From Gemmatimonadales bacterium (GTDB lineage Bacteria > Gemmatimonadota > Gemmatimonadetes > Gemmatimonadales > GWC2-71-9): a stretch of 64,000 nt of DNA. The DNA is taken from positions 32,001 through 96,000 of the forward strand of contig JBFJCP010000014.1 in the NCBI GenBank assembly GCA_041615815.1, written 5' to 3'. The number at the start of each line of letters is the position of its first letter. The stretch's first letter is position 1. Shown here piece by piece: positions 48,588 to 57,583 of the stretch. The notes below the pieces were generated by a model. That model worked only from the letters and a program-made list of their open reading frames with translations. It searched no databases and had not been told where the DNA came from. The position numbers and the translations under genes were made by a program.

Positions 48588-49435
48588 CGACGTTGCTCCT
48601 TGAGCCATTGGCGCGCGCGGCGCGATGCCCGTTCCGCCAGTACCCCGAGCCGTCCCTGCGGGACGGACCGGTCACGGGACATGAGCAGGACGGTCCGCTC
48701 ACTCGGTCGAGCGAGCAGCAGGTTGCCGCCGTCCCCCTCGACGAGCATCGACCGCCACTCGCCGAGCTCCAAGAGCCTGGCGGTGCGCTCCGCTTCTTGC
48801 GCCGCTCCTGCGAGGTGGGCCGCCACCTCTTCGGCGATATCGGCCCCATCCACGGCGTGGAGGGACCCGGTGAGCACCAACCCGCGCTCGTCGACCAGCA
48901 GGATCCCATCGCCGCCGCCGCCTTCCAGATCTTCCCACGGGGTCGGTGGGGTGGGAGGGGCCCGCGGCGCCGACGCTCGGGGTTCCTCTGGGGCCGGCGG
49001 TGCGTCCGGCCCCGCGGCCGGTTCCGTAGGTGGCGCCGAGCCCTCACGAACGCGTTGGAGGGCCTGGACCACGGTTTGATCAGTCGGATCCGCCGCCAGG
49101 GCAAACTCGAGGTGCTCGACCGCCCCATCCAAGTCCCCCCAGCGATAGCACAAAAACCCCAGCCCTTTGTGGGCTCCGAGATGGCCAGGGTCCAGCTCCA
49201 GACCCACGGTCCACTCGTGGTACGCCCGCTCGAAGTCACCCAGATCGATCAGGACCCGGGCGTACAGATCGTGCGCGGCCGAGAGGTCGGGATGCCGCAC
49301 GACACCCGACGCGGCGATGCGCGCGGCGGAATCGGTCTGCCCCCGCGTCCGCAGGGCCTCGCCGAGCCGCAGGAAGACGAGGCTCGCGGGATCGCGAGCG
49401 AGCTCGGCTGTCATGGCCTTGATGTCGTCAGCCAT
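48584..49435 (-). CDS. TPR, Pro-rich linker and Roadblock/LC7 fusion protein
   Basis: DPASLVFLRLGEALR TPR start, Pro-rich linker, LLVDERGLVL...LELGEW Roadblock; ATG 49435. Confidence 0.8.
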   Translation of the reverse strand: MADDIKAMTAELARDPASLVFLRLGEALRTRGQTDSAARIAASGVVRHPDLSAAHDLYARVLIDLGDFERAYHEWTVGLELDPGHLGAHKGLGFLCYRWGDLDGAVEHLEFALAADPTDQTVVQALQRVREGSAPPTEPAAGPDAPPAPEEPRASAPRAPPTPPTPWEDLEGGGGDGILLVDERGLVLTGSLHAVDGADIAEEVAAHLAGAAQEAERTARLLELGEWRSMLVEGDGGNLLLARPSERTVLLMSRDRSVPQGRLGVLAERASRRARQWLKEQRR

Positions 49436-50585
49436 GAACCGAGCGCACGAGCGCGTCGAGTGTCTGTGCGGCCGTGACGGCCTCCTGCACCCGCTGGAGG
49501 TCGGCCACATCGGCTTGGGAGTCGTGCTCGCCAATCTTCAGCCACCGCTGCCACCACTCCACCGCCTCGTGGAAGCGGCCCTGGAGCGCCAGTGCGTCCC
49601 CCAGCAACCGATGCGCGGAGACGAGCAGCGGATCCAACCTGAGGGCGCGCCGCAAGTTTTCTTCCGCCTCGTGCGAGCGGTTGGCCGCCAGCTCCAACCG
49701 GCCCAAGAGGGCGTACACCACGGGCTCGTGGGGTCGGAGGGAGCGGGCCTGCTCCGCCCATCGTCGGGCTGCTTCCAGGTCGCCGGTCTCAGCGGCTGTG
49801 GTGGCGCGGGCCATCAGGTCGTCCAAGTCCTCAGGAGCCTCGACAGATTCACTACTGGACCGCCGGCGATCCGTGATCACCAGCACACCCGCGCTTTCCA
49901 GCCCGAAAATCGTCTTGGCGACCTCGAATTCGGACCGGCCAAGGAGAGTCGCGATGCCGCGAACGTCGCGATCCCCATCGATCGCGGCCATGACTTCCCA
50001 CTCCGTGGGCAACAGATCGAGCGCTCCCTGGTCGCCACCCCCCGTGGGCGCGAAACTCGGTACCACGCCGAGGTTGGGGATCTTGCCCTCGATTTGCGAC
50101 CACTCGTCGATCCGCCGAGCGCCTTCCATGAGCAGGGACTCGGTGGGGATCCGAACCGTGGCGTCCGCGGGCATGTCCGCCGCATTCTCTTCGGCGAAGG
50201 AAAAATACCCCTCGCGCCAGCTCAACAGCTCGAAGATGACCTCTTCCACCTGGAACCGGACGTGCCGCTCGAGCTCGCGCTGGGAGACGGCACCGATGGT
50301 CACCAACAGCTCGCCGAGCCGGCGCCGATCTCCTCGGTGTTGCATGTCACGGGCGCGCTGCAGATCGGCTTCACTGACCTTCCCCGCCCGGATGAGCAGA
50401 TGACCGAGGGGATGCGGGTTGCTCTGGATCTGCGCAAACACCACGGCGCCGTCCTGAAACACGACGGTTCCCTGGTTGCGCCGGAGGTTGGACACCACGG
50501 TGAGGGTACCGGTCTTGCGGCTCAGGTCCAGTAGCTGGAAGACATCGTGGATTCCCAGCTCCTTGAGGGGTCCCTCGATGGCCAT
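49428..50585 (-). CDS. DUF4388/PATAN domain, MshEN-like motifs and TPR repeats (paralog of 43586-45205)
   Basis: GPLKELGIHDVFQLL..RKTGTL, LLSWREGYFSF, LLMEGARRIDEW. Confidence 0.85.
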   Translation of the reverse strand: MAIEGPLKELGIHDVFQLLDLSRKTGTLTVVSNLRRNQGTVVFQDGAVVFAQIQSNPHPLGHLLIRAGKVSEADLQRARDMQHRGDRRRLGELLVTIGAVSQRELERHVRFQVEEVIFELLSWREGYFSFAEENAADMPADATVRIPTESLLMEGARRIDEWSQIEGKIPNLGVVPSFAPTGGGDQGALDLLPTEWEVMAAIDGDRDVRGIATLLGRSEFEVAKTIFGLESAGVLVITDRRRSSSESVEAPEDLDDLMARATTAAETGDLEAARRWAEQARSLRPHEPVVYALLGRLELAANRSHEAEENLRRALRLDPLLVSAHRLLGDALALQGRFHEAVEWWQRWLKIGEHDSQADVADLQRVQEAVTAAQTLDALVRSVHG

Positions 50586-50588
50586 GGA

Positions 50589-53288
50589 TCAGGCCGCCTC
50601 CGTCCGGAAGATCTGCTGAAGATCTTGTGCGGTCCGGACGTGTTTCCGCGCCTCTTGGGCGTAGCGACTCGAGGGATCGACCGCGACCACGCGCTCCCAC
50701 CGCCCAACGGCATCGCGGTAGCGACGCAGGCGCGCCAGCGCCACGCCTTCAAAGAACAGCGCGGCCGGGTGATCGTGCTCGAAGGCCAACACCCGGCGGA
50801 AGGCGTGCAGCGCGTCCGGCACCCGATTGTCGTCCAGCAACGCATGTCCGAGCGCCAAGATGGCCTCGACGTCGGACGGGTCGCTGGCAAGGGCTTCCAC
50901 GAGCAGGTGGATCGCGGCTTTGGGCTTTCCGTTTCGTCTATGGAGCTGCGCGAGCGCCAGGGCAGCCTCGGTGAGGGTCGGTAGGGCCTCCAGGGCGGAG
51001 CGATACGCGGTCTCGGCCTCGTCGTCACGGCCGCGGGCTTCGTGCACTTTGCCGAGGTCAACGCGCAATTGGACGATGCGCGGATCGAGGCTCAGCGCGT
51101 CCCGATAGGCGCGCTCGGCGGCCTCGAGATCCCCCATGCGCATGGCGACATCCCCTTCCAGCTTCAGGATGTCGGCCCTCTGGGGTGCCTGCCGACGCGC
51201 CTGCTCGAGTGAGGCGAGTGCCGCGGCGGGATCGCCCGCGGAAAGCTGGGCTTGGCCAAGGGCCGTAAGGACATCCGCGTCCGCGGGACGATCCCGGGCC
51301 AGGGCACCGGCGTCGTCGACGGCTTCGCTGCCCCGACCGAGCGCCACTAGTTGGCGCACGATGCCGAGCCGTACATCCTGCCGATCCGGGGCGAGCGCCT
51401 GCGCGTCACGGAAACGGTCGAGCGCCTCCCCGTGCAATCCCCGTCGGGCAAAGATCTCACCCGCCAACACCTGCGCGTCCACCTGATCCGCACCCCGGCC
51501 CAGCGCGCGGTTGACCTCCGCGGCGGCGAGCTCAAGGAGCCCCTTGTGCAGGTAGTCCCGCGCCAGAGCCAAGGGGTCGGTGGATGCGGGCGCTTTCCCG
51601 ACTGGCTCCCGCTCCAGCTCGGCGAACAGGCCGTCCAACATCTGCTGGTCGAACTCGATGTGCTGGCCGGACAGCTCCGTCGCCACTTCACCCGAAATCT
51701 CCGGGACCACCGCGATCGTGGGATCCTCGTACTGGAGGTCGATGGCGAGCTGGAACTTCTGCGGGATGTAATACGGATCGAGCTGTTGTGCCCGCGTGAC
51801 GGCCCGAAGCGCGCCGTCGTAGTCGTTGAGCTGCGAGAGTACGAAGCTCAGGTTGTAGTGCGCCTCCGCGTTGTTCGGCTCGCATTCCACGGCCCGGGCG
51901 AATGCGTTCCGAGCGTCGGCGATACGATCCATCTCGGTGAGGACCCACCCAATGCCATTCCACGCTGAAGCCGAGCGTCGATCCGAGCCCAGCGCCTGCC
52001 GGAATGCCTGGATGGCGAGCTCGAACCGCCCGAGCTTGAATAGCAGGAACCCGAGGTTGAGCTGGGGCACGGTGAGCCCGGGCTGCGCGCGCAGCGCGTC
52101 CCGCAACGTCTCGACCGCTTCCTCATGCCGCCCCGTCTGTGCGAGGGTAATGGCCAGGTTGTTCTTGGCGAGCGCATAGTCCGGCGAGGCGGTGACGGCC
52201 TGCTCGTAGCAGGCGACAGCCTCTTGGAACTGGCCCAGCTGATGAAGGACGACGCCGCGCTCGTTCCAAATCTTGGGAGAGTCCGGTTGTTCCTTCGCTA
52301 AGCGCTCATATTGCTCAAGCGCCGCGGGGTAATCGCGCTTGAGCAGCTCCACCTCGGCCAACGCTTGCAGCACGAGGTGACGGTCCTCACCCCGCTCGAG
52401 TGCCAGCCGGTATTCGCGAATGGCCTCGTTGTAATACCCCTGTTGCCGAAAGGCCAGCCCCAGATTGAAGTGCGCCAACTCGTCCTCGGGGTCCTGCATG
52501 GCCGTGAGGGCCTCGAGGCTGCGCCGGGAGACCCGTTTTCGCTCCGCCTTGAACCGTTCGAGCGACAGATTGGTTTGGGCGCGGGCAAACGTGGGGTTGA
52601 GCTGGATGGCTCGTTTGGTGGCGGCGCGGGCGTCTTCGTGACGACCGAGATCACCGAGGACGAAGGCCATTTGGTAGTACGCCTCGGCATTGTCCGGGCC
52701 CAGGGCCGTGGCTCGCTCCAGGATGCCCAAGGCGTCCTGGTTGAGTCCTCGATTGTACAGGACCTCGCCGAGATAGAGGTGTACCACGCTGCTCTCGGGG
52801 TCGAGCTCACGCGCGCGCTCGAGGGCGTTCGCAGCCGCTTCGAGATTCCCACGGTTCTTTTCCACGAGCCCGACCTGTATCAACGCGGCCATGTCGGCGC
52901 GGTCTCGCTCCAGCATGGCGTGAAACTCCCGGAGCGCCGCATCGGCCTCGCCCAGTGCCGCGTAGGCCCGACCCAACTCCCACCGCGCGGACCGATCCGT
53001 CGGGTCCCCCCGCAGCCGCTCTTTGAGCTCGGCCACCCGCTGGTCGTAGTAGCCAGTCTCGGTGTAGGCCAACTCTAAGTTCCGCTGCGCCACCTGCATC
53101 TTGGGGTCGAGCTCGAGGGCGCGCAGGAACTCCCGGATGGCCTCCTGCACCAAGCCACGTTCGTAGTACAGCACGCCGAGATTGTTATGGGCGCCTGCAT
53201 CGGACGGATCGATGCGGTTCGCGAAGGACCGCAGCGTACTGCGGTCCTCCGGGGACATGACGTGTGGGGCTCCGACGTCAGCCGACAC
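50589..53288 (-). CDS. Large multi-TPR protein (~900 aa)
   Basis: Near-continuous TPRs (AHNNLGVLYY, AHFNLGLAF, IWNERGVVL, AWNGIGWVL); no signal peptide. Confidence 0.88.
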   Translation of the reverse strand: MSADVGAPHVMSPEDRSTLRSFANRIDPSDAGAHNNLGVLYYERGLVQEAIREFLRALELDPKMQVAQRNLELAYTETGYYDQRVAELKERLRGDPTDRSARWELGRAYAALGEADAALREFHAMLERDRADMAALIQVGLVEKNRGNLEAAANALERARELDPESSVVHLYLGEVLYNRGLNQDALGILERATALGPDNAEAYYQMAFVLGDLGRHEDARAATKRAIQLNPTFARAQTNLSLERFKAERKRVSRRSLEALTAMQDPEDELAHFNLGLAFRQQGYYNEAIREYRLALERGEDRHLVLQALAEVELLKRDYPAALEQYERLAKEQPDSPKIWNERGVVLHQLGQFQEAVACYEQAVTASPDYALAKNNLAITLAQTGRHEEAVETLRDALRAQPGLTVPQLNLGFLLFKLGRFELAIQAFRQALGSDRRSASAWNGIGWVLTEMDRIADARNAFARAVECEPNNAEAHYNLSFVLSQLNDYDGALRAVTRAQQLDPYYIPQKFQLAIDLQYEDPTIAVVPEISGEVATELSGQHIEFDQQMLDGLFAELEREPVGKAPASTDPLALARDYLHKGLLELAAAEVNRALGRGADQVDAQVLAGEIFARRGLHGEALDRFRDAQALAPDRQDVRLGIVRQLVALGRGSEAVDDAGALARDRPADADVLTALGQAQLSAGDPAAALASLEQARRQAPQRADILKLEGDVAMRMGDLEAAERAYRDALSLDPRIVQLRVDLGKVHEARGRDDEAETAYRSALEALPTLTEAALALAQLHRRNGKPKAAIHLLVEALASDPSDVEAILALGHALLDDNRVPDALHAFRRVLAFEHDHPAALFFEGVALARLRRYRDAVGRWERVVAVDPSSRYAQEARKHVRTAQDLQQIFRTEAA

Positions 53289-53898
53289 GTATGGCGTCGA
53301 AGATGGCCTTCAGAGACGCGAGATCCGGCAGGAGGAGGAAGTGTCCCTTGAGCTTCCTGCCCGCATCCTCGAAATGGAAGTTGCTTTCCACGCAGAACAC
53401 AACGTCCCGATCGTGGCTGAAGCTCACGAAGGCCGTGGTGAGGACGGCCGCGGCCTGATCGATCACCAGGCCCGGCACCGAGGGCAACAGCATCATCCCC
53501 ATGAAATCCGAGAGGGCGTTCATATAGGCACCACCGAGGATGTTCCCCGCCTCTTTGAGCGCGGACTGTTCCAATTCCCCAAACGTGGTGGTGGAACCCG
53601 GCTGGCGGCGCAGCAGCAAATCGCACAGCAGGCGCGCGTTGGCGTCCGGCAGGATCAGCAGCGTGCGGCCGGTGAGATCGCCTAGCATATGCATCAGGAC
53701 CGCGGCCACGACATCCTCGGGATCGCCGAGCATCTCCGGGACTTGCTCGACCCCCCGAACCTCGATCTCGGGCACGCTGATCATGATCTTGCGCTGGGTC
53801 AGCTGGGACAGCGCCGTCGCGGCGTGACCGGCTCCGATGGTAGCTACCTCTCGGACCGCGTCGAGTTGCAGCTGATGTAGGTCGCGAAGGTCGTCCAT
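53278..53898 (-). CDS. cheC: CheY-P phosphatase CheC
   Basis: DAVREVATIGAGHAATALSQL, ISVP, SALKEAGNIL, NALSDF, PSVP, FLLLPD. Confidence 0.93.
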   Translation of the reverse strand: MDDLRDLHQLQLDAVREVATIGAGHAATALSQLTQRKIMISVPEIEVRGVEQVPEMLGDPEDVVAAVLMHMLGDLTGRTLLILPDANARLLCDLLLRRQPGSTTTFGELEQSALKEAGNILGGAYMNALSDFMGMMLLPSVPGLVIDQAAAVLTTAFVSFSHDRDVVFCVESNFHFEDAGRKLKGHFLLLPDLASLKAIFDAIRVG

Positions 53899-53910
53899 GC
53901 CGTCTTTCTC

Positions 53911-55773
53911 CTAGACCAGCCCGCCGGCGTCCAGAATGAGAGCGGGAGCCCCGTCCGCCAAGATAGTGGCGCCGCCGAAAATGGGCATCGTCCCGCGGGG
54001 GGGATCAAAGGACTTCACCACGATCTCCTGCTGGCCAGCCATCCGATCCACCACCAGCCCGGACAGTCGATCCCCAATCTCGATGACGATCACCGGGCGC
54101 TGAAGCGGCCCACCCTCGGGGGTCCCCACCAGCGCTCGAAGATGGAGCAGCGGGATCACGCCGCCCCGGAACTGCATGGCGTCCCGCCCATCCACCTGGG
54201 TGACGGCCTGCGGATCGAGGTCGACGGCCTCGGCCACGTGCGTGATGGGAAGCGCGTAGCGCTCGTCCCCCACCTCGGCGATCAGCGCCCGCACGATCGC
54301 GAGCGTCGTGGGCAGCCTGAGCGTAAAGGTGGAACCCTCCCCCGCCACGCTCCTGATCTCCAGCGTTCCTCCCAGGGACCGCAGCCGACTGGCCACCACG
54401 TCGATGCCGACCCCGCGCCCCGAAACGTCGGAGACCTGCTCGGCGGTACTGAAGCCCGGGCGTCCCAGCACTCGCAACAAGAGATCGTCGCTGAGCCGGT
54501 CCACGTCTTCGGCCACCAGCCCGTCCTCCTTCGCACCCGCCAGAATCCGCTCCCGGTCAATCCCCTGACCGTCGTCCTGCACCCGAATCGCGACCGTGGC
54601 CCGCTCCCTCGTCGCGCTCAGCAGGATGCGTCCTTCCGGGGGCTTACCCTCCAGCTTACGCTGGTCGGGCATCTCGATACCGTGATCTACGGCGTTGCGG
54701 ATGAGGTGGACCAGCGGGTCCCCGATTTCGTCCAGGATGGCCCGGTCCAGCTCGATTTCCTTCCCCTCCAGCTGGAGCGCCACCCGTTTCCCCAGTTGCC
54801 GGGCGAGATCTCGGACCAGGCGGGGGAACCGATCGAAGACCTGCCACACCGGCGTCATGCGTGCCTCGATGATCTCGCTCTGCAGCTCGGTGGCCAGACG
54901 GGAGATCTTGAGGGTTACGTCCTCGAGGTCGGGGTCGGCTCGCGCGGCCACCAACTCCGCCAGACGTCCCCGGGCGGTGACCAGCTCGCCAATCCGGGTC
55001 ATGAGCCCGTCCAGCCGCCGCAGATCCACCCGCATGTGACGCGCGCGGCCCGCCCCGACGGCCGCCCCACCGGTGTCGATCTCGCCGATCATCACTTCGG
55101 CCACGTCGCCAGCCGCCCGAATGGTGGCTTCGAGCGTGGCGTCGTCCACCGTGGCCTCGATCCGGAGGGCAAAGCGGCCGTCGAACTCGTCGCGCTCCAG
55201 CGCCACCGGAGCGGGGCGCAGCGAATGGACCGCGCCCAGCTGCTCGAGCCGGCGCACAATCACCAGCGCTCGCGCGCCCTTGAGCTGGGTCTCTTGGCGC
55301 AGCGCGATTCGCACGCCGCGACCACCGGCCTCCGCACGCGCGACCATGGGTGCCGCCGGACGGGAACCACTGGGACGGGCGACGCGCCGCTCCATCGTGC
55401 CCGCGAGCCGGTCGAGGCCCTGGAGCACGTCAGCGGTTTCCACCTCGTCTTCGCGTCCCGCCACCGCCGCCTCGGACGCTTGCTCCAGCACGTCAGCCGC
55501 GCGAAACAGGAGCTCCAGGCTCTCCTCGGTGACGGCTCCTTCACCGCGCCGCAGGAGATCCAGGAGGTTCTCGGCGCGATGTGCCAGCTCCGCCACGGTT
55601 GCATACCCCAGCGACGCGGCCATGCCCTTGATGGTATGCACCGCCCGGAAGATCTCCACCACGGGCTCGGTCGCGGCCGGATCACGTTCCCAGTCCAGCA
55701 GCATTCGGTTGAAAGTGGCCAGGTGGTCCCGAGTCTCGGCGAGAAAGAGCTCGGCGTACTGCGGGAGGTCCAT
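53911..55773 (-). CDS. cheA: Chemotaxis histidine kinase CheA
   Basis: Hpt IFRAVHTIKG, RVDLRRLDGLM, HLIRNAVDHGIE, DDGQG, GRGVGIDVV, C-terminal CheW-like domain; ATG 55773. Confidence 0.97.
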   Translation of the reverse strand: MDLPQYAELFLAETRDHLATFNRMLLDWERDPAATEPVVEIFRAVHTIKGMAASLGYATVAELAHRAENLLDLLRRGEGAVTEESLELLFRAADVLEQASEAAVAGREDEVETADVLQGLDRLAGTMERRVARPSGSRPAAPMVARAEAGGRGVRIALRQETQLKGARALVIVRRLEQLGAVHSLRPAPVALERDEFDGRFALRIEATVDDATLEATIRAAGDVAEVMIGEIDTGGAAVGAGRARHMRVDLRRLDGLMTRIGELVTARGRLAELVAARADPDLEDVTLKISRLATELQSEIIEARMTPVWQVFDRFPRLVRDLARQLGKRVALQLEGKEIELDRAILDEIGDPLVHLIRNAVDHGIEMPDQRKLEGKPPEGRILLSATRERATVAIRVQDDGQGIDRERILAGAKEDGLVAEDVDRLSDDLLLRVLGRPGFSTAEQVSDVSGRGVGIDVVASRLRSLGGTLEIRSVAGEGSTFTLRLPTTLAIVRALIAEVGDERYALPITHVAEAVDLDPQAVTQVDGRDAMQFRGGVIPLLHLRALVGTPEGGPLQRPVIVIEIGDRLSGLVVDRMAGQQEIVVKSFDPPRGTMPIFGGATILADGAPALILDAGGLV

Positions 55774-55774
55774 C

Positions 55775-56137
55775 CTACCCCAGGACCCGTTGGACGGCCT
55801 CGAGCACCCGCGACGGCTGAAAGGGCTTGACGACGAAATCCTTGGCCCCGGCCTGGATGGCTTCGACGACGAGTGCCTGCTGCCCCATGGCACTGCACAT
55901 CAAGACGCGGGCATTGGGATCGACCTTCACGATCTCCCGCACCGCGTCGATGCCGCCCATGTCCGGCATCACGATATCCATCGTGACCAGGTCGGGGTTC
56001 AGCTGTTTGTACTTCTCGACAGCCTGCACACCGGTTTCGGCTTCGCCAATGATTTCGTAACCTGCTTGCGACAGGATGTCGCTGATCATCGTCCGCATGA
56101 AGATCGCGTCATCGCAGACGAGCACCGTGTGGCTCAC
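55775..56137 (-). CDS. cheY: Response regulator CheY (Bacillus/Thermotoga/DifD-like)
   Basis: VLVCDDAIFMR, MDIVMP, CSAMGQ, DFVVKPF. Confidence 0.95.
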   Translation of the reverse strand: MSHTVLVCDDAIFMRTMISDILSQAGYEIIGEAETGVQAVEKYKQLNPDLVTMDIVMPDMGGIDAVREIVKVDPNARVLMCSAMGQQALVVEAIQAGAKDFVVKPFQPSRVLEAVQRVLG

Positions 56138-56145
56138 ACACCCTC

Positions 56146-56580
56146 CTACGACGGAAACATCGGACCCAACAACGCATCGAAATCGAGGAGTACGAACGAC
56201 AGGTCCGCGCGACGGCCGACCGCGCGGACCACCGCCGGGTCCACCCCGGGGAGCGCACTGCGATCGGCGAGATCGGCAGACGGCACCGCCAACAGATCGA
56301 TGACCTCGTCGACCACCAAGCCCACGGTCCGCGGCCCCACATCCAGCAACAGGATCGAGCCCCCGTCGCTCGCCGCCTCGTGGCCGAGTGCCCGCCGTCC
56401 GTCGACCAACGTGACGAGGGCCCCTCGCACGTTGATGAGGCCGGCCACCGCATCAGGCGCGCCCGGGACTCGGGTGGCTGACTGCGTCGAGAGGATCTCA
56501 CGCACGGTCGCGGCCTCGGCCGCACAGGCCAGATCGGCCACTCGAAACACGAGAAGCCGGACGCCGGAAAAGTCGGCCAT
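56146..56580 (-). CDS. cheW: CheW adaptor
   Basis: LLVFRV, TRVPGAPDAVAGLINVRG, VGLVVDEV; ATG 56580. Confidence 0.9.
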   Translation of the reverse strand: MADFSGVRLLVFRVADLACAAEAATVREILSTQSATRVPGAPDAVAGLINVRGALVTLVDGRRALGHEAASDGGSILLLDVGPRTVGLVVDEVIDLLAVPSADLADRSALPGVDPAVVRAVGRRADLSFVLLDFDALLGPMFPS

Positions 56581-56581
56581 C

Positions 56582-57577
56582 TTATTTGAAGAAGCCAAGA
56601 TACTCCAGCGGGGTTGAGCGAGCAAGCAGTGTCGGATCACCGCTTGCCACCGCCAGACACTGCCGTAGATCCGCGGGCCATTCGGAGCGGTAGCAGACCT
56701 CTTGGCGCGTCGTCGGATGGCGAAACCTGAGCATCGCCGCGTGCAGGGCCTGACGCGGCGCCGACGCTTCCAGGGCCTGGGCACGCTCCCGCCCCACCCC
56801 AGAAATCCGCCGGGCCCCGCCCCCACCATAGGTGGGATCGCCCACGACCGGATGGCCGATGTGGGCCGCATGAACGCGGATCTGATGCGTACGTCCGGTC
56901 GCGAGGCGGACCCGCACCAAATCGCAAACGTCGAACCGAGCCACCGGCTCGAATCTGGTCTGCGCCGCCCGCCCGGACGCGAGCACGGTCATGCGTTTGC
57001 GGTCCTTCGGGTGCCGGGCCACGGGTGCATCGACCTCCCGCGGTCCGTCCATATGCCCCCAGATCAAGGCGGCATAGACCCGCTCCACCGCTCGCCGTCC
57101 CAGGGCGGCGGTCAGCCGTCGATGCGCGTCATCGACTTTGGCGACCACCATGAGGCCCGAGGTGTCCTTGTCCAGTCGATGCACGATGCCCGGACGTCCG
57201 GCCGCGGACTTGGACAGCGGCGTGTTCCGGGCAACCAAGGCGTTGAGCAGCGTCTTGTCCCAATGGCCCGGCGCCGGGTGGACCACGAGACCAGCGGGTT
57301 TGTCCAGGATCAACAGGGCTTCGTCCTCGTGCACGACGTTCAGATCCACGGGATACGGGGAGAGTGTGCGCGGCGGGTCCCGGTCCTCGGCGATGAGCAC
57401 GTCGATGAGGTCGCCCCGCTCCAACGTACGCGATGCCCGGGCGGTCCGTTCATTGACGCGGACGGCTCCATCGGCGATGAGCCGGGCAGCCTGCGTGCGC
57501 GAGAGGGCGAGCTGATCGGCGAGGAAGCGGTCGAGCCGCTCGGTCTCAGCCAGGACCTGAAAGGTACGGGTGGAAAT
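56582..57577 (-). CDS. rluD: RluD-type pseudouridine synthase with S4 domain; probable ATT start
   Basis: KPAGLVVHP, GIVHRLDKDTSG, TGRTHQIRVH. The S4 domain ERLDRFLA...SRTQ..RLI.DG.V.VN lies in frame upstream of the track's TTG start. Confidence 0.92.
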   Translation of the reverse strand: MSTRTFQVLAETERLDRFLADQLALSRTQAARLIADGAVRVNERTARASRTLERGDLIDVLIAEDRDPPRTLSPYPVDLNVVHEDEALLILDKPAGLVVHPAPGHWDKTLLNALVARNTPLSKSAAGRPGIVHRLDKDTSGLMVVAKVDDAHRRLTAALGRRAVERVYAALIWGHMDGPREVDAPVARHPKDRKRMTVLASGRAAQTRFEPVARFDVCDLVRVRLATGRTHQIRVHAAHIGHPVVGDPTYGGGGARRISGVGRERAQALEASAPRQALHAAMLRFRHPTTRQEVCYRSEWPADLRQCLAVASGDPTLLARSTPLEYLGFFK

Positions 57578-57583
57578 GGCCGG

